Below, one piece after another: positions 38,389 to 51,172 of a DNA stretch of 64,000 nt (position 1 is the first letter of the stretch; each line of letters starts with the position of its first letter). The notes beneath the pieces are model-generated. The model was not told the origin of the DNA, ran no database searches, and worked only from the letters and a program-made list of their open reading frames with translations. The position numbers were made by a program, and so were the translations under genes. Location of the stretch: positions 4,000,001 through 4,064,000 of the forward strand of contig CBDDPY010000002.1 in assembly GCA_965232515.1 (NCBI GenBank). Direction: 5' to 3'. Source of the stretch: Alphaproteobacteria bacterium. Lineage in GTDB: Bacteria; Pseudomonadota; Alphaproteobacteria; GCA-2731375.

Positions 38389-39519
38389 ATGTCGCTGCTT
38401 TTCGAACCGCTGCGCCTTCGCGACCTCACCTTGCGCAACCGCATCGTGGTCTCGCCGATGAGCCAATATGCCGCCGTCGACGGTCTGCCGACCGATTGGC
38501 ACCTGCCGCATCTCGCCCGCTTCGCGCTTGGCGGCGCCGGCCTGGTCTTCACCGAGGCGACGGCCGTCGAGCGCCGCGGCCGCCGCACGCATGGCGACCT
38601 CGGCCTCTGGGACGACGCCCAGATCGGGCCACTGCGCCAGATCGTGGCGGCGATCCATGGCCTCGGTGCCAAGGCGGGCGTCCAGCTTGGCCATGCCGGC
38701 CGCAAGGCCAGCGAGCGCCGGCCCTGGCACGGCGAGTCGCCGCTCGACGACGAGGATACGAAGGCGCGCGACGAGCCGCCCTGGCCGGCGCTCGCGCCCT
38801 CGCCGCTGCCGTACCGAGACGGCTGGCCGACGCCGTCGGCGATGGACACGGCCGACATGCGCGCGGTCGCCGATGCCTTCGGACAGGCCGCGCGGCGCGC
38901 CGATAGCGCCGGCTTCGACGCCATCGAGCTCTATGCCGGCCACGGCTTCCTGCTGCATCAGTTCCTGTCGCCGGTCGCCAATGTCCGCGACGATGACTAT
39001 GGCGGCTCGCTCGAGAACCGCGCACGCTTCCCGCTCGAGGTCGTCGATGCGGTGCGTGCACACTGGCCGGCCGAGAAGCCGCTGTTCGTGCGCCTGTCGG
39101 TGATCGACTGGGTCGACGGCGGCCTGACGCTGGACGACAGCGTCGCCATCGCCGCGCTGCTCGGCGCCCACGGCGTCGACGTCTTCGACTGCTCGACCGG
39201 CGGTATCGGTAGCGCTGCCGGCCGGCAGCGGATCCCCGTCGGCCCGGCGTTCCAGGCGCCCTATGCCAAGCCGTTTCGCGACGCCGGCCATCTGAGCATG
39301 GCCGTCGGCCTGATCCGCACCGCGCACGAGGCCGAGGCGATCCTGCAGGCCGGCCAGGCCGACCTGGTGGCGCTCGCCCGCGAGATGCTGAATGATCCGA
39401 ACTGGCCGCTGCACGCCGCCGGCGAGCTGGGACTGGATGATGACTTTGAGCACTGGCCGCCGGCCTTCGGGTGGTGGCTCAACCGGCGCGCCAAGGCATT
39501 GGCACGACTGCAGAGCTGA
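38389..39519 (+). CDS. NADH:flavin oxidoreductase (Old Yellow Enzyme, YqjM/XenA-like)
   Basis: NRIVVSPM, QLGHAGRKAS and R.DDYGGSLENRARF. Confidence 0.9.
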   Translation: MSLLFEPLRLRDLTLRNRIVVSPMSQYAAVDGLPTDWHLPHLARFALGGAGLVFTEATAVERRGRRTHGDLGLWDDAQIGPLRQIVAAIHGLGAKAGVQLGHAGRKASERRPWHGESPLDDEDTKARDEPPWPALAPSPLPYRDGWPTPSAMDTADMRAVADAFGQAARRADSAGFDAIELYAGHGFLLHQFLSPVANVRDDDYGGSLENRARFPLEVVDAVRAHWPAEKPLFVRLSVIDWVDGGLTLDDSVAIAALLGAHGVDVFDCSTGGIGSAAGRQRIPVGPAFQAPYAKPFRDAGHLSMAVGLIRTAHEAEAILQAGQADLVALAREMLNDPNWPLHAAGELGLDDDFEHWPPAFGWWLNRRAKALARLQS

Positions 39520-39550
39520 CCGGCGCGCGGCACAAATCGAGGAGACGCCC

Positions 39551-39940
39551 ATGGCCCGACGCAACATCGACGTGGACAAACCCTGGCACCGCAGCATTCC
39601 CTTCGCGCAAGGCGTCGAGGTCAGCGGCCGGGTCCTGTTCACCGCCGGCATCACCGCCCGCGACCCGGAGGGCAAGCTGATCGGCGCCGGCGATATCCGC
39701 CGCCAGATGGAGGCCTGCTTCGAAAACCTGGGCGACGTGCTTGCCGCCGCCGGCGCCACGTTCGAAGATATCGTCAGGATCGTCATGTACACGACCGACA
39801 TCGAAGGGTTCAGCCAGCACGCCGACGTCTGGCGCAGCTACTTCGTCGCCCGGCCCGCCAGCACGCTGGTCGAGGTGCGGCGGCTGGCGCTGCCGGAAAT
39901 GACGGTCGAGATCGAAGCCGTGGCGCATCTCGGCGATTGA
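39551..39940 (+). CDS. RidA/YjgF family protein
   Basis: PASTLVEVRRLALPEMTVEIEAVA; GAGGAG RBS. Confidence 0.9.
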   Translation: MARRNIDVDKPWHRSIPFAQGVEVSGRVLFTAGITARDPEGKLIGAGDIRRQMEACFENLGDVLAAAGATFEDIVRIVMYTTDIEGFSQHADVWRSYFVARPASTLVEVRRLALPEMTVEIEAVAHLGD

Positions 39941-39967
39941 ATGATCTTGTTGGCCAGAGGACCATGA

Positions 39968-40125
39968 CTTGGCCCGTCCCGCTCCCCCACCCGACCACCC
40001 ACGGGAGTATGCTTGATGGGTGGTCGGGTGGGGCTTTCCGTGCCGAGCGCGTCGGCAAAGCCGACGCTGGCTCGGTTGTCCAGCGCCCCTTGGGCGCGAC
40101 AACCACGGAAAGGGGACGGGTCGAG
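39968..40125. repeat. Structured intergenic element (MITE/REP-like or ncRNA)
   Basis: 17-bp perfect stem 39985-40001/40017-40033, second hairpin about 40043-40075, outer imperfect inverted repeat. Confidence 0.6.
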
Positions 40126-40151
40126 CTCAATACGAATTGAACACGAAGGGG

Positions 40152-41465
40152 ATGGGGACAGTGACGGAACAGCGTTTAAGTGACTTCATGGCCGACGCGG
40201 CCGACGACATCACGTCCGCCTGCACGTCCTGTGGCAAATGCGTCGAGATCTGCCCGGTGGTGCCGCATGCCGGCGTCGCCGATGTCGCGCCCGCGACGCT
40301 GGTCGGCGGCGTGCTCGACGTGCTGCGCGACGGCGGCGAGCTGACCGGCGGCTCCGCCGCCTGGGCGCACCAGTGCGATGGCTGCGGACGCTGCATTCCG
40401 GCCTGCCCCGAGGGCGTCAATCCGCGCACCATGCTGATGCTGGCGAACAGCGTCTCCGCCGAAACCCACAGCGAGACGCCGCAGCTCTTCCGCCGCATGT
40501 CCCGCGCCATCCGCCTGATGGCGGCAATGCAGCTGGCACCCAACGACCTCGACCGGCTGCTGCGGCCGTCGAAGGCGCGCGAGGTGCCGGTCGTATTCTA
40601 TGTCGGCTGCAACGCCATCCGCACGCCGCATCTCTTGTTCAATGCCATGTACGTGCTCGACGCCGTCGACGTCGATTACGAAGTGCTGGGCGGCCCGGCC
40701 GCCTGCTGCGGCATCGTCCACACCAAGTGGCAGGGCGAGGCCGAAGCCGGCGGCCGCGTCACCGACGGCACGCTGCGCCGCTTCGGCGACTTCGAGCCCG
40801 AGACCGTGCTGAGCTGGTGTCCGTCCTGCAATCTTCATATCGGCGAGTCGCTCAGCGGTTACCGCGAGACCGGCTTCGCCTTCGAGCATGTGACCGACTA
40901 CATGGTCGAGCACGAGGCCAAGCTGCAGGCGCGCTATACGACCGAGGTGCCGATGCGCGTGTTGCTGCACGCGCACGAGGGCATGGCCGATCTCGGCGAA
41001 AACGTCGCCCGGCTGCTCCGCGCCGTACCCGGCCTAGAGGTCGCCGACATCGCCTGGGAATCCGGCTATACCTGCGGCGGCTCGGGCGCCGACCGTTCGC
41101 CGGGCCTGAAAGCCGAACGCCGCCAGGCAACGTTGGAGCGGGCCGCGCAACCGGACATCGACGCGCTCGTCTCGCTCTACCACGGCTGCCACATCCAGCT
41201 CGCCGCGACCGCCGAGCAGGGCGGCAAGCCAGTGATGAACTTTACCGACATCCTGGTGCGCGCGCTCGGCGGCGAGCCGCGCGAGGACGCACTTCAGGGC
41301 TGGCGCATGGCAGGCGATTGGCGGGCGCTGGTCGACGAAACTGCGCCGATGCTGCAGCGGAACGGTATGGACCTCGACCCGGACTGGCTCGCCGAGGTGC
41401 TGCCCGACGTGTTCGCCGCCAAGGAATTCGCCGGCGGCCTGGAGGCGATCGACCGCAACCGCTGA
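40152..41465 (+). CDS. (Fe-S)-binding protein with two 4Fe-4S motifs and CCG-like domains (HdrD/GlcF-like)
   Basis: CTSCGKCVEICP, CDGCGRCIPACP, YVGC, CCG and WCPSC. Confidence 0.85.
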   Translation: MGTVTEQRLSDFMADAADDITSACTSCGKCVEICPVVPHAGVADVAPATLVGGVLDVLRDGGELTGGSAAWAHQCDGCGRCIPACPEGVNPRTMLMLANSVSAETHSETPQLFRRMSRAIRLMAAMQLAPNDLDRLLRPSKAREVPVVFYVGCNAIRTPHLLFNAMYVLDAVDVDYEVLGGPAACCGIVHTKWQGEAEAGGRVTDGTLRRFGDFEPETVLSWCPSCNLHIGESLSGYRETGFAFEHVTDYMVEHEAKLQARYTTEVPMRVLLHAHEGMADLGENVARLLRAVPGLEVADIAWESGYTCGGSGADRSPGLKAERRQATLERAAQPDIDALVSLYHGCHIQLAATAEQGGKPVMNFTDILVRALGGEPREDALQGWRMAGDWRALVDETAPMLQRNGMDLDPDWLAEVLPDVFAAKEFAGGLEAIDRNR

Positions 41466-41483
41466 ACCGACGCCGCACGCCCG

Positions 41484-42731
41484 ATGACCGCCTGGGACCT
41501 GCTGTTCACGAACGCCTGCCTGGCGACGATGGCCGACGGCGACGGCTTCGGCCGCATCGACGGCGGCGCGGTCGCGGTCGCCGACGGCCGCATCGCCTGG
41601 CTCGGCCCGATGGACGCACTGCCGGCCGGCGAGGCCCACACCGTACGCGACCTCGGCGGCAAGTTACTGACCCCCGGCCTCGTCGATCCGCATACCCACA
41701 TCGTTTATGGCGAGGAAGGCCTTGTCGACTTCGAGGTGCTGTCGCAAGGCGGCGGCCGCGCCGAGCTGGAAGCGAAAGGCGGCGCCGTCCAGGGCCTCGT
41801 TCGCCGCACCCGCGAGATGTCGGAAGCGGATCTCTTCGCCGCCAGCCGCGCGCGCATGGCGCGACTGATCGCCAATGGCGTCACCACCGTCGAAAGCAAG
41901 TCCGGCGCGGGCCTCGACTACGATACCGAGCTCCGTGCCATGCGCATCTCCCGCGCCCTCGGCCGCGACCTGCCGGTCACTGTGATCTCGACGTTCCTGG
42001 GGGCGCACGGCCTGCCGCCGGAATACCGGGACCGGCGCGACGATTATGTCGACTTCCTCTGCGACACGGTCCTGCCGGCCGCCGTGCAGCAGGACCTGGT
42101 CGACCAGGTCGATGGCTTCTGCGACGCCGTCGGCTTCGACCATGCCCAGATCGGCCGCCTGTTCGACCGCGCGACCGCCTATGGCCTGCCGGTCAAGCTG
42201 CACGCCGACCAGTACACCGACTTCGGCGCCGGCGCGCTCGTCGCCGAATATGGCGGCCTGTCGGCGGACCATTGCGAATACGCGTCCGAAGCGACCGTGC
42301 GGGCAATGGCGGCGGCCGGCACCGTGGCGACGCTGCTGCCCGGCGCCAACTGGACCTTGCATGAAACCCAGAAACCGCCGGTGGCCCTCTTCCGAGAATT
42401 GGGCGTGCCCATGGCGCTGGCAACCAACTGCAATCCCGTCAGCTCGCCGGCCACCTCGCCGTCCGCCGTCATGCACATGGCCTGCTACATGTTCGGCCTG
42501 ACGCCGGAAGAAGCGCTCGGCGGCTTCACTGTCAGCGGCGCGAAGGCGCTGGGCCTGGAAGACAGCGCCGGCCGCATCGCCGTCGGCCGCACCGCCGACC
42601 TCGCCGCCTGGGACACGGACGACCCGCGCGGCATCGCTTATCCCATCGGCGGCGCGCCCTGCCTGACAGTGGTGAAGGACGGCGTCGTCGTGCACGAAAG
42701 CCCGCCGCCCGCCTTCGGAGCCGCGCCGTGA
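41484..42731 (+). CDS. Imidazolonepropionase (HutI)-like amidohydrolase, divergent
   Basis: DPHTH, GVTTVESKSG, FLGAH, KLHADQ and SADH follow HutI, but several active-site residues differ. Confidence 0.8.
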   Translation: MTAWDLLFTNACLATMADGDGFGRIDGGAVAVADGRIAWLGPMDALPAGEAHTVRDLGGKLLTPGLVDPHTHIVYGEEGLVDFEVLSQGGGRAELEAKGGAVQGLVRRTREMSEADLFAASRARMARLIANGVTTVESKSGAGLDYDTELRAMRISRALGRDLPVTVISTFLGAHGLPPEYRDRRDDYVDFLCDTVLPAAVQQDLVDQVDGFCDAVGFDHAQIGRLFDRATAYGLPVKLHADQYTDFGAGALVAEYGGLSADHCEYASEATVRAMAAAGTVATLLPGANWTLHETQKPPVALFRELGVPMALATNCNPVSSPATSPSAVMHMACYMFGLTPEEALGGFTVSGAKALGLEDSAGRIAVGRTADLAAWDTDDPRGIAYPIGGAPCLTVVKDGVVVHESPPPAFGAAP

Positions 42732-44011
42732 CCGCCGAGCCGCAAGCCGATCTCCTCGCCTGGCTCGATGCCGAGCGCGACCGCCAACGCGATTTCCTGC
42801 AGGCACTGACCCGCATTGACACCTGCAATCCGCCCGGCGACACCCGCGCGGCGGCCTCCTTCGTGCGCCGTTTCCTCGACGACGAGGGCATCCCCTACCG
42901 CATAGAATCCCCGCAGGCCGAGATGCCGAACCTGATCAGCAGCTTCGGCGGCACGGGCGCCGGCCGGCACTTGGTGCTGAACGGCCATCTCGACGTCTTC
43001 CCCATCGGCGACCGCGATGCCTGGACGCGCGACCCGTTGAGCGGCGACCTGGCCGACGGCCGCGTTCACGGCCGCGGCACCGTCGACATGAAGTGCGGCA
43101 CCACGGCGATGATCTTCGCGCATGCCTATCTGCACCGGCTGCGCGACCGCCTGCCCGGCCGCGTTACGCTGACCGTGGTCTCCGACGAAGAGACTGGCGG
43201 CCGCTGGGGCGCCGACTGGCTGACCAGCCGCTGCGCCGAAGAGGTACTGGGCGACTGCGTGCTGAACGCCGAGCCGAGCGGCCTGCAGACCATCCGCTTC
43301 GGCGAGAAGTCGATCCTCTGGGTGCGTTTCAAGATATCTGTGCCCGGCGGCCACAGCGCCTATCCGCACACCAGCGCCAGCGCCAACAAGATCGCCGCGC
43401 AACTGATCCGCGATCTCGAGGCCATCGAGATCATGCAGCCGGACGAGCCCGACGTGGTCCGCGACACCCTCGACCGCGCCGAGGTGCGGGCAGCCACCGA
43501 CCGCGCGCTCGGCGCCGGCGCGGCCCAGGTCATGCGCCGGGTCTCGGTCAATATCGGCGTCATGCAGGGCGGCGTCGCCATCAACATGCTGCCCGACGCC
43601 TGCGTGCTCGACATCGACTTCCGCTTGCCCGTCGGCATCGCGCGGGCGGCGGTGCTGGCCCAGATCGCGAACATCGCCGCGCGCTATCCGGCCGTGTCGT
43701 TCGAGGAGCTGCTGGCCGGCGGCCCGGAAGCGAACTGCTCCGACCCCACGCACGAGATGGTCGGCCACCTGCAGCGCCATGCCGCGCCCGCCGTCGGCCA
43801 CGACCCCCAGCCCATCGTCAGCCTCGGCGGCACCGACACACGGTTCTGGCGCGACCGCGGCGTCCCCGCCTTCGTCTACGGCTGCTCGCCCGCCGGCATG
43901 GGCGCGCCCAACGAAAGCGTCGATCTCGACGAGTTCCACCATGTCCTCCGCGTCCACGCACTGGCCGCCCTCGACTTTCTGACAGCCGCAAATCCCGGAG
44001 CATCCACGTGA
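42728..44011 (+). CDS. M20/ArgE/DapE family metallo-amidohydrolase
   Basis: NGHLDV, GRGTVDMK, DEETGG, AEPS and GGTD. Confidence 0.9.
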   Translation: MTAEPQADLLAWLDAERDRQRDFLQALTRIDTCNPPGDTRAAASFVRRFLDDEGIPYRIESPQAEMPNLISSFGGTGAGRHLVLNGHLDVFPIGDRDAWTRDPLSGDLADGRVHGRGTVDMKCGTTAMIFAHAYLHRLRDRLPGRVTLTVVSDEETGGRWGADWLTSRCAEEVLGDCVLNAEPSGLQTIRFGEKSILWVRFKISVPGGHSAYPHTSASANKIAAQLIRDLEAIEIMQPDEPDVVRDTLDRAEVRAATDRALGAGAAQVMRRVSVNIGVMQGGVAINMLPDACVLDIDFRLPVGIARAAVLAQIANIAARYPAVSFEELLAGGPEANCSDPTHEMVGHLQRHAAPAVGHDPQPIVSLGGTDTRFWRDRGVPAFVYGCSPAGMGAPNESVDLDEFHHVLRVHALAALDFLTAANPGAST

Positions 44012-45429
44012 CCTTTGCCGACTACGCCGATTACGACGCCCTGGGCCTCGCCGAACTTGTCCGCGACGGATCGGTCAGCGCCGCGGAGGTGCTGGAGGCC
44101 GCCATCGACCGCATCGAGGCCCACGACGGCACGCTGAATGCCGTCGTCCACAAGGCCTACGAGCAGGCCCGCGCCGACCTCGACGACCTGCCCGACGGTC
44201 CGTTCAAGGGTGTGCCGTTCCTGGTCAAGGACCTGGGTTGCGCCGTTGCCGGCATGCCGATGACGCAGGGCAGCCGGTTCTTCCGCGACTACGTGCCGGC
44301 GGCCGACAGCGAGCTCGCCACGGCCTACCGTGACGCCGGCCTCGTCATCCTCGGCAAGACGAACACGCCGGAATTCGGCATCTCCGGCACGGCGGAATCG
44401 GCCATGCTGGGGGCCTGCCGCAATCCCTGGAACCCGGAACGCATTTCCGGTGGCTCCAGCGGCGGCGCCGCGGCCGCGGTCGCGTCCGGCATGGTGCCGG
44501 TCGCGCATGCGAGCGACGGTGCCGGTTCGATTCGCCTGCCCGCCGCCATGTGCGGCATCTTTGGCCTGAAACCCAGCCGCGGCCGCCACCGCCCGGTCGT
44601 GCCGCGCGCCGACGTGATGCACGGCTTCTCCAGCCAGCACGTGCTCACCCGCACGGTGCGCGACAGCGCCGCCATGCTCGATGCGACGCTCGACCGCCGC
44701 AATCCCTACGGCCCACCGCCGCCGGCGCGGTCGTATCTCGACGAGGTCGGCGCGCCGACGGGCCGCCTGCGCATCGCCTTCTCGCCCGACCGGCCGTCCG
44801 GCGAGGCGCCGCAGCCGTTCATGGCCGACGCCCTTCGCGGCGTCGCCGACCGTCTTGCCGATCTCGGCCACGAGGTCGTCGAGCAACCGATCCCGCTGCC
44901 CTATCAGCCCTTCTACAACGCCTTCGCCACGGTCGCCGCCGCCCAGTTCGCCGCCCGGATCGACGCCGCCATCGAACTGCTCGGCCGCCAACCCGAAGCC
45001 GATGACCTAGAGCCCGTGACCTGGGCCCGCCTCGAACGCGGTCGTGGCAAATCAGGCGCCGACGTCGCCGCCGCCCTGGAAGTGCTGGCGTCGCACGGCC
45101 GCATCGTCACCGACTTCTTCGACGACCATGATATCTTCCTGAATCCCGTCATGGCCGGCGGCACGCCCGAGGTCGGCTATCTCGACCCTGTCACCGTGCC
45201 GCCGCCCGAGCATTCGAAGCGCTCGGGCTACATCTTCTTCATGACGCTGCCGTTCAACGCCACCGGCCAGCCCGCCATGTCCGTGCCCATGGGCTTCGAC
45301 GCCGACGGCCTGCCGCTCGGCTTCCACTTCGTCGCACGCTACGGCGACGAGGCGACGCTGATCCGCCTCGCGTCACAACTCGAGGAAGCCCACCCTTGGA
45401 CCGGGAAGAAACCGGCGATCTGGGGCTAA
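44008..45429 (+). CDS. Amidase (amidase-signature family)
   Basis: GTGA overlap; GVPFLVKD, GKTNTPEFG, GGSSGG and SDGAGSIR. Confidence 0.95.
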   Translation: MTFADYADYDALGLAELVRDGSVSAAEVLEAAIDRIEAHDGTLNAVVHKAYEQARADLDDLPDGPFKGVPFLVKDLGCAVAGMPMTQGSRFFRDYVPAADSELATAYRDAGLVILGKTNTPEFGISGTAESAMLGACRNPWNPERISGGSSGGAAAAVASGMVPVAHASDGAGSIRLPAAMCGIFGLKPSRGRHRPVVPRADVMHGFSSQHVLTRTVRDSAAMLDATLDRRNPYGPPPPARSYLDEVGAPTGRLRIAFSPDRPSGEAPQPFMADALRGVADRLADLGHEVVEQPIPLPYQPFYNAFATVAAAQFAARIDAAIELLGRQPEADDLEPVTWARLERGRGKSGADVAAALEVLASHGRIVTDFFDDHDIFLNPVMAGGTPEVGYLDPVTVPPPEHSKRSGYIFFMTLPFNATGQPAMSVPMGFDADGLPLGFHFVARYGDEATLIRLASQLEEAHPWTGKKPAIWG

Positions 45430-45635
45430 CCGACCAGGTTCAGCTTCTTCGCGACCGCGTCGACCGCTTCCTTGACGTCCTGATAGGTCTTGTTGATGAA
45501 GTCGATGCGCGTGCCGCCGTCGAGCGGTCCGCCCGAGGCGCCCTCCGGCCGCGGCGCCGGCGTCAGCATCAGAATCTCATCCGTGTTGACTACCACTGGA
45601 CTGCCGTCCGGCCGCGTCAAATCGATAAACGCCAT
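45426..45635 (-). CDS. Small protein, FlbD-like
   Basis: GGAGG RBS; MAFIDLTRPDGSPVVVNTDEIL...VKEAVDAV resembles the FlbD pattern. Confidence 0.55.
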   Translation of the reverse strand: MAFIDLTRPDGSPVVVNTDEILMLTPAPRPEGASGGPLDGGTRIDFINKTYQDVKEAVDAVAKKLNLVG

Positions 45636-45738
45636 GTCTCTGCCCTCCAGTCGGCGTCGGGCCATCCGACACCCGTCGTGACACATTAGTGCGCCCCACA
45701 CCCTGTGCGCTCTGCGCTCCCTGTGCTTAGATCGGGTC

Positions 45739-46764
45739 ATGACGATCCCAAACAACCCGCTAACGGACTCGACCGACCTGCGGCACGACGGCGCGGCGTT
45801 GCGCGAGCGCGCACAACGGGACGGCTATCTGCTGATCCGGGGCCTGCTGCCGCGCGACGTGGTCGACGCCGCCGCGGCGGAGCTCGCCGCGACCATGGCG
45901 GACGCCGGCTGGATCCCTGCCGGCCGGCCGCTCGACGACGCGCCCGCCAACGGCGACACGTTCTGCGTCGAGCCGCAGCCCGCCTTCATGGACGTGTTCT
46001 ACCGCCAGCTCGGTTTACGCAGTCTGCACGCGCTCAAGCTTCGGCCCGAGCTGATGCGGTTCTTCCGGAAGCTGTTCGGCGAGACGCCGTTCTGCCCGCC
46101 GCATTTCGTCACCCGCCTCGCCTTCCCGGACCGCGACGCCTACGCCACGCCCGCGCATCAGGACTACGTGCATTTCGAGGGCAGCCGCGACAATTGGGCC
46201 GCCTGGATTCCCTTCACCACCATCGACGCGGCGCGCGGCGGTCTCGCCATCGCCGCCGGCTCGCACCGCGACGGCGCCTACGACATGCGGCCGGCGCTCG
46301 GCGCCGGCCAGATGGTCATCGACGCCGATCTCGACAATCTCGACTGGCGTTGGAGCCCGCTTGCGCCCGGCGACGTGCTGATCCACAACTGTCTGACCGT
46401 GCACAAGGGCCTGCCGAACAAATCCGCCGGCATGCGCGTCTCCATGGACTGCCGCTACCAGCCGCTGTCCCAGCCCATCGGCGAGAAGTTCCTCGGCGTC
46501 TCGCACCAGCTCCGCACCTGGGATGAGCTCTACCGCGACTGGCCCGACGACGCCGAGAGCCGGGCGCTGAAATACTACTGGCGCGACCTCGACCTCGACG
46601 TCGTGCCCTTCACCTACCACTGGTACGACCGTCGCGACGCCACGGCGCTCGCCATGGCCGAGGCCGGCGATACGCAAGCCGCCATCGCGCTGGAAAACAT
46701 CGCCCGGAAACACCGTGACCCGGCCATGCGCGCCCGCGCCGAACGGGCGCTTGCCGGGCTGGCG

Positions 46765-46773
<9 letters not shown>
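45739..46773 (+). CDS. PhyH family Fe(II)/2-oxoglutarate dioxygenase
   Basis: TPAHQD, AGSH and GDVLIHNCLTVHKGLPN..R motifs. Confidence 0.9.
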
Positions 46774-49209
<2,436 letters not shown>

Positions 49210-49464
49210 CCGACCCCTCGCATAAAGCCTATGCGTGTATCGCCTTATTTTTTCCTAACAAATGAAATTTACGCCACCCCAAGCTCGCCAAAAAATTGAT
49301 TCCACCGCCGCCGAATTCACGACCGTCTGACCCGGTCCCCAGCCTCCGTCAAGGACCGCGCGGCGAGACATCATTTTGTTCCCTGTGCCCTCCGCGATCT
49401 CTGTGGTTACATCGACGGGACGCGACGCCCTTGGCCCGCGACAAGAGGGAACGCAGCCCTGACA

Positions 49465-49911
49465 TTGCTACATCAGCCGTCATTGCCGACGATATTGCTG
49501 GCCGCGGCCGTGCTGACGTCTTGTCAGTCGTCCTTCCCCACGCCCGCCGCGCAGCCGCGCCCGCTCGACGCCGCGACGCTCCGCGACACGCTCGTCACCC
49601 ACACGCTGACCCGCTCGGGCGGCCCCTTCTGGCGCCCCTGGGATTATGCCGGCGTGCACGGTGCGGACGGCACCATGGCGGCCAGGGTCGTCTGGCGCGG
49701 CGGCGAAGACCGCGCCACCGGCATTTGGGAGCTCGACGCCGACGGTCGCTACTGCCGCACCTGGTCGAACGACTGGGCCGAGGGCCAACGCGGCTGCTTC
49801 CAGGTCACCCGTCATGGCGCGACGCTGATCTTCGACCATGAAAGCGGCGCCCGCGGCGACGCCGATCGCTACCGGTATCGGTTGCGGCCGGGCAACCCTT
49901 TCGGTCTTTGA
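49465..49911 (+). CDS. Lipoprotein (DUF995-like)
   Basis: Lipobox LTSC; G.W...G.YC.TW..W....C..V pattern. Confidence 0.6.
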   Translation: MLHQPSLPTILLAAAVLTSCQSSFPTPAAQPRPLDAATLRDTLVTHTLTRSGGPFWRPWDYAGVHGADGTMAARVVWRGGEDRATGIWELDADGRYCRTWSNDWAEGQRGCFQVTRHGATLIFDHESGARGDADRYRYRLRPGNPFGL

Positions 49912-49996
49912 GGCGCGCACGCGGGTTTCCGAAAATCCGATGCGCCGGGCCGCCGGCCATAAAAAGCGCGCGCATCCGGGCTTTTTCCGGCCGGCC

Positions 49997-50011
49997 TTAA
50001 GCACTCTTTAA
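49997..50011. promoter_or_regulatory. CtrA-type box upstream of motA
   Basis: TTAA-GCACTCT-TTAA. Confidence 0.65.
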
Positions 50012-50081
50012 TGGCGAACCACATAGCGTTCCATTACCCGCGTGCGTTTCGCGTAATTCATGTCGGATCGGTGGTCGCCCC

Positions 50082-50975
50082 ATGAAGCTCGTTGGTCTTT
50101 CGCTCGTCTTTTTCTGCACGTTCGGCGGTTTGTTCATCGCCATGCAATTCGACTATTCGGGCTTCTCGAAACTGATGTTCCTGATCCTGGGCGCCATGCC
50201 CGGCGAGATGGTGATCATCGGCGGCTGCGCGCTGGCCGCGTTCCTGGTCGCCAATTCCCGCGAGACCATCAAGGGAACGATCAGCTACCTCAGCGCGCTC
50301 ACCAAGCCGGCGGCCCACTCGAAGGAGGATTATGTCGAGCTGATGGCGACGCTGTTCGCTGTGTTCAAGCTCGTCCGCACCAAGGGCTGGCTGGCGCTGG
50401 AGCAGCATATCGAGCACCCGGACCGCAGCGATCTGTTCGCCCAGTTCCCCAGATTCGCCGCCAACGGCCACGCCACCATCTTTCTCTGCGACTATCTGCG
50501 CATCATCTCGATGGGGAACGAGAACCCGCACGAGCTCGAAGCGCTGATGGATGAGGAAATCGAGACCATCGAGCATCACGAATCGCATCCCGGCCATGCC
50601 GTGCAGACCATGGCCGATGGCATTCCGGCGCTCGGCATCGTCGCGGCCGTGCTGGGCGTGATCAAGACCATGACCTCGATCAACGAGCCGCCGGAAGTGC
50701 TGGGCAAGCTGATCGGCGCCGCGCTCGTCGGCACGTTTCTCGGCGTCTGGCTGGCCTACACCATGGTCGCGCCCGTGGCCGGCGCCATGCGGGTGAAGGC
50801 CGACTCCAAGGTCATGTACTACAAGAGCATGAAGGTCGGCATCATCGCCTTCCTCAACGGCGCGTCTCCGCAGGTCGCCGTCGAGTTCTCCAGAAAGCTC
50901 CTGCCGCACGAACTGCAGCCCAGCTTTCAGGAACTGGAAGAACACCTGAGCGACCTCCCGGCGCTGGCCGCCTAG
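50082..50975 (+). CDS. motA: Flagellar stator protein MotA
   Basis: G.LALEQHIEHP, FLCDYLR and PALGIVAAVLGVIKTM...GAALVGTFLG. Confidence 0.95.
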   Translation: MKLVGLSLVFFCTFGGLFIAMQFDYSGFSKLMFLILGAMPGEMVIIGGCALAAFLVANSRETIKGTISYLSALTKPAAHSKEDYVELMATLFAVFKLVRTKGWLALEQHIEHPDRSDLFAQFPRFAANGHATIFLCDYLRIISMGNENPHELEALMDEEIETIEHHESHPGHAVQTMADGIPALGIVAAVLGVIKTMTSINEPPEVLGKLIGAALVGTFLGVWLAYTMVAPVAGAMRVKADSKVMYYKSMKVGIIAFLNGASPQVAVEFSRKLLPHELQPSFQELEEHLSDLPALAA

Positions 50976-51085
50976 CGCTGGGTGCCTTTGGGCCGGATCG
51001 CCGCGTCGCTCCGGATATCGCCGCCCCACCTTCGTCATGCCGGCGCGGAAGGCTGTGAAGGCGTTGCCTGTGAACCGGCAACGCA

Positions 51086-51172
51086 CGTCATGCTGGCGCA
51101 GGCCAGCATCCAGCGGAATCGCAACCTGTTGAAAAACAACAAACCTGGATCCTGGCCTTCGCCAGGATGACG
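51086..51172. repeat. REP-like palindromic element
   Basis: CGTCATGCTGGC..GCCAGCATCCAG...CTGGATCCTGGC..GCCAGGATGACG. Confidence 0.75.

Noticed and set aside
41484-42731. Assigning the symbol hutI
   Set aside because: Key residues are substituted and no other hut genes are present.
50082-50975. motA without motB as a novel or Zorya-like system
   Set aside because: The sequence is a typical flagellar MotA with a CtrA-type box, and split motA/motB is common in alphaproteobacteria.
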